Shown: positions 1 through 11,160, counted from the first letter of the stretch. The stretch is 20,000 nucleotides of DNA from Chiloscyllium plagiosum (GCF_004010195.1 NC_057757.1:8191384-8211383); one strand, 5' to 3'. Translations and numbers: made by a program. The notes: generated from the letters alone by a model not told the origin.

Positions 1-1824
1 GGAGAAGGAAACCAGGAGGGTCAAAAGACAGCAGGAGATAGGCTGGGCTGAGATGATTAGGATGAATTGAAAGAGGTACTTCAAGTGTATTAAATGGGAA
101 AGACTAACTCGAGAGAGAATAGGGCCCCTCAAGGACCAAAGTGGTCATGTCTGTGTAGAACTGCAGGAGATGGGTGAGGTCCTCAATGAACATTTCTCCT
201 CTGTGTTGACCATGGAGAAAGACATGAAGACTTGGGAATTTGAAGAAGTTAGTGGTGATACCTTGCGGACAGTCCAGATCTCAGTAGAGGAGGAGTTAGA
301 TGTATTAGAAAGTGTAAAAATGGATAAATCTCCTGGTCCTGACCATAAATCTATATATATGTTAAAAAAAACACTAAGAGGTGATAGAAGAAATTGCAGG
401 GGCCCTGGCTGATATTTTTGCATCATCGTTAACCACGGGCGAGGTCCTTGAAAACTGGAGGGTAGCGAATATTGTGCCATTATTCAAGAAGGGCTACAGA
501 AATAAACGTGTAAACTATCGGCCAGTAAACCTAACATCTGGGGTGGGTAAGTTACTTGAGAAGATTCTGAGGGATAAGAAATACATGCGTTTGGAAAATC
601 AGAGTTTGATTTGGAGTAGTCAGCATGGCTTTGTGAATGGGAGACCGTGCCTCACAGATTTGTTGGTGTTCTTTGATGAAGTGACCAGGAAAGTTGACAA
701 GGGCAGGGCAGAAGACATAGTCCATATGGATTTCAGGAAAGCCTTTGGAATCGAGAGGGAGCTGGATAGACAATTAGCTTGATGGCAGGAAGCAGAGGAT
801 GCTTGTCAGACTGGAGTGCCTCAGGGATTGGTGCTGCACCCATTGCTGTTTGTTATTGATATCAATGTTTTGGATGAGAACGTACAAGGGCATAATTAGC
901 AAGCTTGCAGATGACATTAAGATAGTCTATCATGGACTGTGAGGAAGGTTTTCAGAAATTGCAGCAGGACCTTGATCATCTGGGGAGTGGGCTGAGAAAT
1001 GGCAAATAGAGTTTAATATAGATAACTGTGAGATCTTGCACTTTGGAAAGTCAAATCAAGAGAGGAGTTTCATGGTGAATGGCAGGGCCTTAAGGAGTGT
1101 AGTAGCACAGAGGTACTTTGGAGTTCAGGTACACTGTTCTGAGAAAGTGGACTCACAGGTAGACAGGGCAGTGAAGAAAACTTTGGACACACTGGCCTTC
1201 ATCAGTCAGGAAACTGGGTATAGAAGTTGGGGAGTTACGTTGCAGTTATAAAGGACGTTGGTGAGGCTGCAATTGGAGTATTGTGTTCAGTTTTGATCAC
1301 CTTGCTGTAAGAAGGATGTTATTCAGCTGGAAAGACTGTAGAAGAATTTTACAAGGATGTTGTCTGGACACAACGGTCTGAGTTATAGGGAGAGGTTGGA
1401 CAAGCTCAAACTTTATTCTTTAACGCGTAGCAGACTGAGGAGTTGGGGGGTGAGTTGTAGACATGTATAAGATCATGACAGGCATGGATTGGGTCAATAC
1501 CCACCGTCTTGTTTTGGGAGGGTTGGGAATTGTGGACAAGAGGACATCACTTTAAGGTTAATGGGGAAAGAATAAAAGGGAAACAGAGGGTTAACGTTTT
1601 TACACAGAGGGTGGTACGCATATGGAATTAGCTGTCAGCGGCAGTGTTTGAAGCGGGTACATTAACAACATTTAAAAGCAATTTGGACAAATACATGGAG
1701 AGGGAAGGATTAGAAGGATGTGAGCCAAGTGCAGGGCAATGGGGTTAGCGGGGATGGACACTTTATTGGCACGGACCAGTTTGGGCCAAAGGCCCTGTCT
1801 CTGTGCTGTTGGACTCCATGATTC
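1..1824 (+). mobile_element. CR1 LINE, decayed 3' part of ORF2 (reverse transcriptase) plus 3' UTR; starts before the window
   Basis: ORF fragments give typical CR1 ORF2 motifs: DKSPGPD, WRVANIVPLFKKG, NYRPVNLTS, SQHGFVNGRPCLTDL, KLADDIK at ~901-921 and MHFGKSNQER. The 3' end ctgtgctgttggactccatgattc resembles the CR1 tail. Many stops and frameshifts. Confidence 0.95.
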
Positions 1825-2489
1825 AACAGATCGAATTTAAGAAAAAGAACCAGTTAATTGGAACACATTAAGGCCAGCAGCATGAACCATTTGTCACAGC
1901 TGCTGCACATGAGCTGGAGGTTGGCATATAGACACTGCCTTGGCTCGGGGGGAAGAGTCGTTGGATAATTTGCACCAAGAGGCCGTCGCAACTTGGAGGG
2001 TTAGATTGTCTGATTTTGGTCAGTGCTCAGAGACAGGAGAGTGTGATTACAAGTGAGGTATGGACAGGGATACAGACAGTAGGAGAGACTTGACTGTGAC
2101 ACCAGAGGAACAGAAAGCCAAACAAGTGGGAGAAACTAAGAGCAATGGAATTGTAGTCAGGGGCTCACAGGGATAGACACCCTTTTCTGCAGCACAGGAC
2201 GTGAGACAAGGAGGATGTGTTCCCCTCCCATGCTGGGGTTCAGGGCCTATGGTCAGGGCTAAAGACAAGTCTGCAATGGGATGGGCAGGATGCATGTAGG
2301 TACAAGCAACATATACCAGGCAAGAAACAAGGTTCAACCTGGTCACTCTCAGGAGCTCAGTGTCGAATGAAGAAGCTGAAACCTCAGATATCTGGATTAA
2401 TATCGATGCCAAGTGTTAATTGGCACAGAGCCAATCAGATTAGAGAGAGACATTGATGGCTCAAAGACTGGTGTGGGAGAATTGGGTTT

Positions 2490-2527
2490 TGGTTCTCTCA
2501 TCACAGATGCTGCCAGACCTACTGAGG
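2490..2527 (+). repeat. Short remnant of a Penelope-type terminal repeat
   Basis: tctctcatcacagatgctgccagacctactgag matches the cagatgctgccagac motif also seen at ~13587-13601. Family assignment is from recall of shark repeats. Confidence 0.45.
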
Positions 2528-3949
2528 TTATTATCATCCTCACTACCTCTGCCAAATCGAAGTTTCATTTCAAAGAAAATGGTGACACTTTTTCTCGGAA
2601 TTGAATGTCAATCGCAATCGTATATACTAAATAAAACAAGAATAAAATACTGAGCCTTGCAATAAAAACAACATGACTTCCTCTCTGCTGTCGGCCAGTT
2701 GCAGTGATGTATGATCACAGCACGTTTCTGTCTGAATACGTTCTTTCTCCATAGTGACCTTCTGCCATTTATTACAATAGTTTCAGTTTTTATCCTGACT
2801 CTCAGGTAATAATTTGTGAAACACTTTGGAAACCGTCCCTTCTTCAATCTTTTCTTTCATCAGGCACAGTCACATTTGGTTAGTTTGAAATCCACTCTCC
2901 TTAAACAGACCCACCCTTCCCACTTGGATTTGTGTTGATCTGCTCCAGGTTATTCCAAGTGTACACAGCCCTGGTGTTAACCTGACCTGCCTGTAGTCTC
3001 TGGAATGTACGCCTGTACTATTGAGAAAGGTGTCCCAATCTCCAGTTTGTATGGTGGGGCAGGGGGACTGGGTTGAGCTGCAGTTTGTGGTTTTATGAAG
3101 CAGAAAATAAAACGTGCTGCAGAGTGAGGCACAGAGACGCTGATGACCTCATCAGCTTGAAACTGTTTTCTTGTTCCTCTTCCTTTAATCAGTGTAGTTT
3201 TCAGGGTCTGATTCAGAATTCCTGGAGCTCTGTAACTTGCCTGGAACTGTGTGTTGAAAGGACTATTGTAATCCACAAGAGGAGTCTTTCCCACTGCACT
3301 GCTTCCACGGGCTGGAATGCTGCAGACTGAGCAGAAAATCTCTAATGCAATCCCAAAACCCACTGGGCCACACTGCTCCTTCTCACTGAATGAAGACACC
3401 CACCAGAAGCAAGTTATGTCTCATGTTCAAGACTTGAAACCCTGACTATCACTGAATAAATGCGATACTCAGAGAGAGAAATGAAATAAACTTTCTAACT
3501 GCTTTATCGCTGTTAAAGATCCGTGTGTCCGAGTTCAAGTCATTTGACTGGGGAATGAGGGTAGCAGGACACCAGTGAAATGGAGGGAATGGTGGGGGAC
3601 CTCACTGAGGGGCATCTCTGAAAGTTGGAATCAGAAAGATGCTATTCCGTATTGCAAAAGTTTAAGGTGAATTCATAGATACATGGAGATGGCAAACAGA
3701 AATTATTTCAAGAATGTCTTGTTTAGAATTTGGAGCCATAAAATGAAGAAGTAGTGTCCAAAGGCTTATCTCGTTGTAACCCGAGTACGATTGTAAATGG
3801 CTGCTCCTCCAGCATATCTGACCCTCTAGGGCACATGTTAAGAAGAACCTCGTGGTTCAGACAAATTAGCTCCTTACATTTGAAGATTGTTACAGAGTGT
3901 CAAACAGACAAGAAATGAAAGACTCTCTGCTGATGCATTTTCAACCTGT

Positions 3950-4704
3950 NNNNNNNNNNNNNNNNNNNNNNNNNNNNNNNNNNNNNNNNNNNNNNNNNNN
4001 NNNNNNNNNNNNNNNNNNNNNNNNNNNNNNNNNNNNNNNNNNNNNNNNNNNNNNNNNNNNNNNNNNNNNNNNNNNNNNNNNNNNNNNNNNNNNNNNNNNN
4101 NNNNNNNNNNNNNNNNNNNNNNNNNNNNNNNNNNNNNNNNNNNNNNNNNNNNNNNNNNNNNNNNNNNNNNNNNNNNNNNNNNNNNNNNNNNNNNNNNNNN
4201 NNNNNNNNNNNNNNNNNNNNNNNNNNNNNNNNNNNNNNNNNNNNNNNNNNNNNNNNNNNNNNNNNNNNNNNNNNNNNNNNNNNNNNNNNNNNNNNNNNNN
4301 NNNNNNNNNNNNNNNNNNNNNNNNNNNNNNNNNNNNNNNNNNNNNNNNNNNNNNNNNNNNNNNNNNNNNNNNNNNNNNNNNNNNNNNNNNNNNNNNNNNN
4401 NNNNNNNNNNNNNNNNNNNNNNNNNNNNNNNNNNNNNNNNNNNNNNNNNNNNNNNNNNNNNNNNNNNNNNNNNNNNNNNNNNNNNNNNNNNNNNNNNNNN
4501 NNNNNNNNNNNNNNNNNNNNNNNNNNNNNNNNNNNNNNNNNNNNNNNNNNNNNNNNNNNNNNNNNNNNNNNNNNNNNNNNNNNNNNNNNNNNNNNNNNNN
4601 NNNNNNNNNNNNNNNNNNNNNNNNNNNNNNNNNNNNNNNNNNNNNNNNNNNNNNNNNNNNNNNNNNNNNNNNNNNNNNNNNNNNNNNNNNNNNNNNNNNN
4701 NNNN
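3950..4704. other. Assembly gap (755 N)
   Basis: Run of N. Confidence 1.
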
Positions 4705-4852
4705 NTGAGGCCTGTGTTTAACTTCCTGCTCAATCTTGTATTTTCTGATGACAGTCGGAGTCCAGTGGTAGATTCGAGCATAACTTTATTTTTGTACAAC
4801 TTCACACTGTTTAGCAGGCACAGCAATAAGGGACAGATTATCTTAAGTTGGC

Positions 4853-5182
4853 ATTTAGAATGTAAGTGCACATACCCTCAACCCCTGCCCCTGCCCCAAC
4901 CCCGGGATTACTATTAGTCAGAAGAGCTGAGTTATCGCTTTGAAATTGGCTCTGTAATTGGCGAAACAACACTGATGTACAGGCTTGTGGTCCATCCCTG
5001 GGGCTTCATGATGTTTTCCAGAATCTAATCTCCTTTCTTGAGACTTTTCACAATGGATACTGCATTCAAGTAACATGTGCCAACTGTACCATGTTAACTG
5101 CCAATTAATTAGGTATTTGCCTATTACTTCTGGAACCTATTAAATTCCTCATTACAGAAAATGTAAAAGAGTGTTGATTTTT
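4853..5182 (+). repeat. Inverted duplication block A (pairs with 19632-20000)
   Basis: aaacaacactgatgtacaggcttgtggtccatccc and ttttcacaatggatactgcattcaagtaacatgtgccaactgt are the reverse complement of sequence at ~19725-19850. The right copy has an extra ~30 bp. Confidence 0.95.
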
Positions 5183-5183
5183 T

Positions 5184-6511
5184 GAGTCATCGAGTCATAG
5201 AGATATACAGCATGGAAAAAAAGCATTCGGTCCAACTCGTCCATGCTGACCAAATATCCTAACCTAATCTAGTCCCATTTGCCAGCATTTGGCCCATATC
5301 GCTCTAAACCCTTCCTTTTCATGTAACCATCCAGATGCCTTTTAAATGCTGTATTTGTGCCAGCCTCCACCACTTCCTCTGACAGCTCATTTCACACACG
5401 CACCACTCTCTGTGTGAAAAAGTTGCCCCTTAGGTCTCTTTTATATTTTACCCCTCTCACCCTAAACTCATGCCCTCTAGTTCTGGATTCCCCTGCACCA
5501 GGGAAAAGACCTTGTATATTTACCTTATCAATGCCCCTCATGACTTTATAAACATCTATAAGGTCACCTCTCAGCCTCCGACACTTCAGCGAAAACAGTC
5601 CCAGTTTATTCGGCCTCTCCCTATAGCTCAAGCCCTCGAACCCTGGTAACAAGCTTGTAAATCTTTTCTGAACCCTTTCACGGACACCCCCACCGATAGG
5701 AAGGAGAACAGAATTGCACTCAAATTAACTGATATAATCTCCTGTGCAGCCGCAACATGACCTCTTAATTCCTAGATTCAATACTCTGACCAATAAAGGA
5801 AAGCATACCAAACACCTTCTTCTATATCCTATCTACCTGCTAAGGAACTATGAACTTGCACTCCAAGGTCTCTTTGTTCAGCAACACTCCATAGGACCTT
5901 ACCATAAAGTGTATAAGTCCTGCTCTGATTTGCTTTTCCAAAATGCAGCACCTCTAAATAATACTCCATCTATCACTTTTCAGCCCATTGGCCCACCTGA
6001 ACAAAATCCCGTTGAAATCTGAGGTAACCTTCTTCATTACCCAGTCTACCTCCAATTTTGGTGTCATCTGCAAACTTGCTAACTAATACCCCCTAATACA
6101 TCCAAATCATTTATATAAATGACGAAAAGCAGTGGACCCAGCACTGATTCTTGCGGCACACCACTGGTCATAGGTCTCCAGTCTGAAAAGCAACCCTCCA
6201 CCACCACCCTCTGTCTTCTACCTTCGAGCCAGTTCTGTATCCAAGCCTAATGCTCCCTGTATTCGATGAGACCTAACCTTGTTAACCAGTCTGCCATGGG
6301 GAACCTTGTCGAATGCCTTACTGATGTACATATAGATCACATCTACTGCTCTGCCCTCGTAAATCCTCTTAGTTACTTCTTCAAAAAACTCAATTAAGTT
6401 TGTGAGACATGATTTCCCACGCACAAAGCCATGTTGACAATCCCTAATCAGTCCTTGCCTTTCCAAATACATGTACATCCTGTCCCTCAAGATTCCCTCC
6501 AACAACTTGCC
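5184..6511 (-). mobile_element. CR1 LINE 3' portion (RT C-terminus, 3' UTR and tail)
   Basis: Minus-strand translations give QHGFVRGKSCLTNLIEFFEEVT, SKAFDKVPHGRL, SKFADDTKI (~6056-6083) and RRLRGDLIDVYK...SRTRGH...FFTQRVV. The tail gagtcatcgagtcatagag is at 5184. Confidence 0.95.
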
Positions 6512-6512
6512 C

Positions 6513-6600
6513 CTAGGCCCAACATTCCTCAGCTCCTTCATCAATGATCTTTCCTCTCTCATAAGGTCAGAAGTGGGAATGTTCGTCGATAATTGTATAG
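6513..6600 (+). mobile_element. Short RT fragment of a different LINE family, opposite orientation, abutting the CR1
   Basis: Translates LGPTFLSSFINDLSSLIRSEVGMFVDNC, matching the non-LTR RT LGPxLF..INDL...FADD region with FADD decayed to FVDN. Confidence 0.8.
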
Positions 6601-6767
6601 TGTTCCCCTCTCCTTTTCCGAGGTGTCTGAATGTCAGCATTTTGATACCTTCCACTCCAGCTCACTATCACTGTTTTAAAGTTAATTTCTCGAGGGATCA
6701 TGTGTTAGTGTCTTATCATTTAAACTATGTTTTTATGCTCTTCCAAGCCCCACTCATCTGTTTGTCA
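6601..6767 (+). repeat. Inverted duplication block B (pairs with 17598-17765)
   Basis: cactccagctcactatcactgttttaa...gtgtcttatc.tttaaa...gctcttccaagcc...atctgtttgtca is the reverse complement of 17598-17765. The ORF track shows it too: PAHYHCF..V...VSY.LNYV..LFQA.LICLS on opposite strands. Confidence 0.93.
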
Positions 6768-7056
6768 CAGTCTGTCATTTTCCCTGGAGCAAATGGATCA
6801 TAGCTGCCTTCTCCTGACCAGGGGGATGTCTCCTCCAGGATTCAGGCAGTAGCCGCAGCAGCAGTGGGTGATGTTTGGCGGGAAGAATCGATAAAGAGAC
6901 TTAAATTTAAATAGCGAGATGTGTCAGAACTGTTTGAGCTTCTGTGTGTAAAATTTACAGACTCCCAGAGGGGGATGATGCTGTGACTGTCTGTGTGTAT
7001 GTGACTGTATTTAGCACTTACTCTCCCCAGCAGAGGGGGATATTGCTGTGATTGCT

Positions 7057-7190
7057 TGTGTGTCTGCGTATGTGTGTCTGTCTGTGTGTGTGTGTGTGTG
7101 TCTGTGTGTCTCTGTATGTGTGTGTGTCTCTATGTGCCTGTGTGTGTGTGTGTCTGTGTTTGTGTGTGCACGTGTGTTTGTTTGTCTGTC
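7057..7190. repeat. Compound (TG)n/(TGTC)n microsatellite
   Basis: Directly visible. Confidence 0.95.
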
Positions 7191-7466
7191 TTTAACATTG
7201 ACAGTCCCCAGCTGTGACTGTCTGTCTGTGAGGGAGTGATTTCACAGAGTCCAGCAGAAGAATATTCCTGTTGGTGCTGTGTGTGCAGAAACTGACACTG
7301 TCCAATTTATAAACTTCACCAACACAATTTGTGCCAAGCAGCAATTTACTAACATTGGCTGTGTAAACCGTTGGTGAAAATGTGGAACCGCATTGTCATG
7401 TTTCTTGTTGCTGGGAACAAAGTATATTTGTTTCATAATCTTATGTTCAATTCTGTCATAAACCCA

Positions 7467-7689
7467 GAGTCACAGAGATATAAAGCACAGAACCGGACCC
7501 TTCAATCCAACCTGGCCATGCCAACCAGATATCCGAAATAAATCTAGTCCCATTTGCCACCATTTTGCTCATAGGCCTCCAAACCCTTTCTGTTCATATA
7601 CCTACCCAGATGCTTTTTAAATGTTATACCAAATTCCACCACCTTCTCTGGCAGCTCATTCCATTCACGCACCACCCTCTGCGTGAAAT
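7467..7689 (-). mobile_element. CR1 3' terminal fragment (5'-truncated)
   Basis: Aligns by eye to 5192-5420 (gagtcacagagata...atctagtcccatttgcca...cagctcatt..caccaccctctg). Confidence 0.9.
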
Positions 7690-8146
7690 CTGCTAACTGT
7701 TTTCAGCCTTTATTAAACTGATGTGCGGTCTCAGGGGAAATAACTCAAATGGTCTCTCTTTTTAGCTGCCATGGATTCTTTGACTACCTTACCTCAAGGC
7801 AGCTTCAGCTGAGGAGGTGAAGGACTAGGAAAGGAAGAAAAGGTTGTTCTCCCCCCTCGATTAGTTAGTCACCCCCAGAAGAGATTTAACACTGACACAT
7901 CTTTCCACTGTTTGTTTTAAGTTTGGTCAATGCTGATTACAATGGATTATTGTTAACCTTTTCCTGATTTCTTATGTCTGATGACCAATATGGAAATGTG
8001 CAGCTTTTTTGCACCAGAGAGAGAGCAGAATGAATAACTCTGGTATTATCCACAGTGTTCTCCAAAGAGCTGTGTTAAATATCACAGATTGGCATCATGT
8101 CTGTGTTGCTGCTGTTATTTGTGACAGATACTCCCCTCCCTCTTAT

Positions 8147-8457
8147 CGAATCATAAATTCCCCACAGTGTGGAAAAAGGCCCTTCGGCCCAACATGTCCA
8201 CACCAACCCTCCAAAGAGGAACCCACCAAGACCCATTCCCCCCATCTAATACACCTGACCTACGCATCCCAAAGTACTATGGGCAATTTACCATGGCAAA
8301 TCCATCTAACATGTTCATCTTTGGATTGTGGGAGGAGACTGGAGAAAACCCAGGGGAGGATATGCAAATTCCACACAGTCACCTGAGGCTGGAATCGAAC
8401 CTGGGACCCTGGTGTTGTGAGGCAGCAGTGGTAACCACTGAGCCACCATGGCACCCC
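8147..8457 (-). mobile_element. tRNA-derived SINE (HE1-like shark SINE) with CR1-like tail
   Basis: Minus strand reads gg(t)ggctcagtggtta (A box) and ggttcgattcc (B box), then tgtgtggaatttgca... and the tail ttccacactgtggggaatttatgat. Homologous to 12434-12781. Confidence 0.9.
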
Positions 8458-8487
8458 ATCTTGATTCCGTCCCAGCCCGTCTGCCTG

Positions 8488-8520
8488 TGCAGTCACATTG
8501 ATCCACCAGCAGAGGGTGGC
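8488..8520 (+). promoter_or_regulatory. Candidate CTCF site (upstream TGCAG module, 13-nt spacer, core)
   Basis: TGCAG-N13-CCAGCAGAGGGTGG against consensus CCASYAGRKGGCRS (one mismatch). Retained in the inverted paralog at 11481-11513. Confidence 0.55.
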
Positions 8521-8842
8521 ATCGCATCACATTCATCACAAGAGACAGAAACAGGGACAGGGACTTTGACCCTGTTTTAGTTCATCCCCACCTTCCCAGA
8601 TAAAATATTCCCAATTATAGGGGGGAGCTGCTTCCGAAACTTATTTATATAACCCGGTGTTTGTGTGTTTGGGACTGTATCGAATTTGTAAGATGATTTT
8701 TGCCTGAGCATTTAGGTTTGCGAGTGACAGAATGTGTGTGATTTTGTGTGAGTGTTTTTGTTTCAGTGTCTGCCACAGTGTCCGAGGGTTTACTTGTGTT
8801 GGTGTGTGTACGTGTGTGTGATAGATGGAGTTTGAGGCCCTA

Positions 8843-9441
8843 AACCTACGCCCTCTAATTTTGGACTCTTCCACCACAACGGAACAGATCTTGTCTAATT
8901 ATCCTATCCATACCTTTAATGATTTTATAAAACTCTTTGAGGTCACTCCAGGGAAAATAGTCCCAATCTATTCAGCCTCTCTCTATAGCTTAAAACTCCA
9001 ACCCCAGCAACATAATTTAAAATCTTTTCTAAACCCTTTCAAGTTTCATACCATTTTGCCTATAGCAGGGAGACCAGAATTACACACAGTATTCCAGTAA
9101 TGGCCGAACCAATGTCCTGTGCAGCTGCAATATAACCTCCCAACTCCTATGCTCAGTGCTCTGCCCACTAAAGGGAAGCATACCAAATGCTTTCTTCACA
9201 ACCCTATCTACCTGTGATTCCACTTTCAAGGAACCATGAACCTGTACTTTGTTCAGCAACACTCCTCAGAACCTTACCATTAAGTGTATAAGTCCTGCTC
9301 TGATTTGCTTTTCAAAAATGCAACACCTCACATTCATCTAAATTAAATCCTATTTGCCAATCCTTGGCCCATTGGCCAATCTGATCATGATCCCGTTGTA
9401 CTCTGAGGTAACCATCTGTGCTGTCCATGACACCTCCAATT
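8843..9441 (-). mobile_element. Internal CR1 ORF2 fragment
   Basis: Minus ORF VQVHGSLKVESQVDRVVKKAFGML...LVRPLLEYCV. Homologous to ~5465-6060. Confidence 0.93.
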
Positions 9442-9444
9442 CAA

Positions 9445-9720
9445 TTTCTGTTCAATTCTGCAATAATCTTCCCTTCATTTGTATAAATCTTGTGTGAAAT
9501 TGTAAATCCAGCCTTGTTAATTGTATAATGCATTATCATCATTTGTATAAATCCCAGGATCATTAAGCTTGCTGACTAAATATTTACCTTAGTTTTATTA
9601 AATTTGTGCAGAAATCTTGTGTTCATTTGTGCAGTACTCTTGTATACATTAGTACAAACATCTTGTGTTCTTTGGTGGCATAAACTGGCACTAATTTGTC
9701 CAAAGATCTTGTGTTAATTT
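9445..9720. repeat. Degenerate AT-rich ~21-23 bp minisatellite
   Basis: Five consecutive 23-mers from 9601, e.g. aatttgtgcagaaatcttgtgtt / catttgtgcagtactcttgtata / cattagtacaaacatcttgtgtt / aatttgtccaaagatcttgtgtt. Looser units lie upstream. Confidence 0.75.
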
Positions 9721-9724
9721 GAGC

Positions 9725-9928
9725 TGGAACTGTATGTTCTGGCTGCTCCTGCTTTGTGCCTGTGTGTATTCCAAGTCTGGGTGCAATGGGGGTGGGTGGA
9801 CAGACAGGGTTAGACCTGGGCTAAACCACTGGAACTGTATGTTCTGGCTGCTCCTGCTTTGTGTCTGTGTGTATTCCAAGTCTGGGTGCAATGGGTGGAC
9901 AGACAGGGTTAGACCTGGGCTAAACCAC
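9725..9928. repeat. Near-perfect tandem duplication (105 bp + 99 bp)
   Basis: 9725-9829 and 9830-9928 differ by one substitution and a 6-bp indel. Confidence 0.97.
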
Positions 9929-10030
9929 TGACCTGTTCCTTTTTCCCACACATCCCTCTAATTTCACAAAGATGAGTGTTGGTATGTTCTATACCTGGGG
10001 GAGGTGAGCTGGGACAACGCCACCTCCCAA

Positions 10031-10124
10031 CATTTCTTATGAAGAAATTATGCTCAAAAAGTCGACTCTCCTGCTCCTCGGATGCTGCCTGACCAGCTGT
10101 GATTTTCCAGCACCACACATTTTG
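10031..10124 (+). mobile_element. Penelope-type terminal repeat remnant
   Basis: ...atgaag..ttatgctcaaaa.gtcgactctcctgctcctcggatgctgcctgacc.gctgtg.ttttccagcaccacac resembles an abundant shark Penelope-associated terminus (from recall). Confidence 0.65.
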
Positions 10125-10269
10125 AGAGGGAGCTGAGGGCTGACTACATGAACTGGGATTTGGAATGAGATAGATTTTGAGTGAGGGAGCCTTGGGGTAT
10201 TTAAGTCGAACATTAGCCTTTTACCATGCGGACTGGCCAGATGTGATTATCTTAGACTGTGAGACCTAG

Positions 10270-10612
10270 TACTGGACTTCTCCAACATGAGAACATTCTT
10301 CCCACATCCACCCTGTCCAGTCCCATCAAGATTTGATGGTTCTATGAGATGCCCCCTCATTCTTGTAAATTCCAGTGAGTACAAAACCAGTCGATCCAGT
10401 CTTTCCTCATATGTCAATCCTCCCATCTTGGGAATCAGTCTGGTGAACCTTCGCTAGACTCTCTCAATAACAAGACTGTCCTTCCTCAGACTAGGAGACT
10501 AAAACTGCGCATAATACCCAAGGAGTGTGGTCTCACCAAGGCTCTGTCTAACTGCAGCAAGATATGCCTACTCCTATATTCAAACCCTCTATGAAAGCCA
10601 GCTTGCCTTATT
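10270..10612 (-). mobile_element. CR1 ORF2 C-terminal fragment, a second subfamily
   Basis: Minus strand encodes decayed LLQL.RALVRPH..Y..QF..P.LRKD...RRFTRLIP.M.GLTYEERLDRL.LYSLEF..MRG.LIE. Confidence 0.85.
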
Positions 10613-10615
10613 CAA

Positions 10616-11160
10616 ACATATGTGTAGGTGTGTGTGCATACGTATAGGTATGTGTGGGTTGGTCAGACTGTATTTTTTATTGTGTGTGTCTCTTTGCATA
10701 TGTCTCTGAGAGACCCCATACACTCTCACATACTCTCCCACTCACACACCCGTACTTCATACATGCACTCACTCTGTTGACACACTCGAACATCTTCAAA
10801 GCCCTCACTCTCACCTATTTACACAAATACTCTCACAATCATACATTCTTACAAGTTCACTCCCTAATGCAGTTTTGTGCACACATCAAACCACACTGTC
10901 AGGCAACCTCTCTCTCTCTCTCTCTCTCACTGGCAGAGAAACAGACATGCAGCCACAATCACACTCATACATACACTCGCACTCTCGCATGCCATTACAC
11001 ATGTACACACTCAACCTCACAAACACACTCACAACCTCACACACATGCACACTTCCAATCTTGCACTCACAACCTCACATTCACATTTGCAACCACACAC
11101 ACACTTGCACATACACACACATGTTCGCATATACGCACATACACATGTGCACACACACAT
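10616..11160. repeat. Low-complexity TG- then CA/CT-rich tract, including (TC)n at ~10908-10928
   Basis: Directly visible; it produces the spurious His/Thr-rich ORFs. Confidence 0.9.

Larger units (their letters stand above)
8033..8842 (+). repeat. Inverted duplication block C (pairs with 11160-11686), interrupted by a SINE
   Basis: cattgatccaccagcagagggt, ttttagttcatccccacct, aaagagctgtgttaaa and tgaggcccta are all reverse complements of motifs in 11160-11686, in collinear order. Confidence 0.93.

Noticed and set aside
381..782. Active reverse transcriptase gene
   Set aside because: Fragment of a frameshifted, stop-ridden CR1 copy.
3887..4871. Long ORFs of 273-323 aa
   Set aside because: Artefacts of the N gap.
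6471..6803. Conserved peptide shared with the minus ORF at 17514-17738
   Set aside because: Explained by nucleotide-level duplication of block B; the ORF start comes from LINE sequence.
6874..6910. E2F-like TTTGGCGGGAA with nearby TTTAAA as a cell-cycle promoter
   Set aside because: Short motifs with no CpG island and no associated gene.
9601..9928. CRISPR-like array
   Set aside because: Units are contiguous with no unique spacers, there are no cas genes, and the context is eukaryotic.
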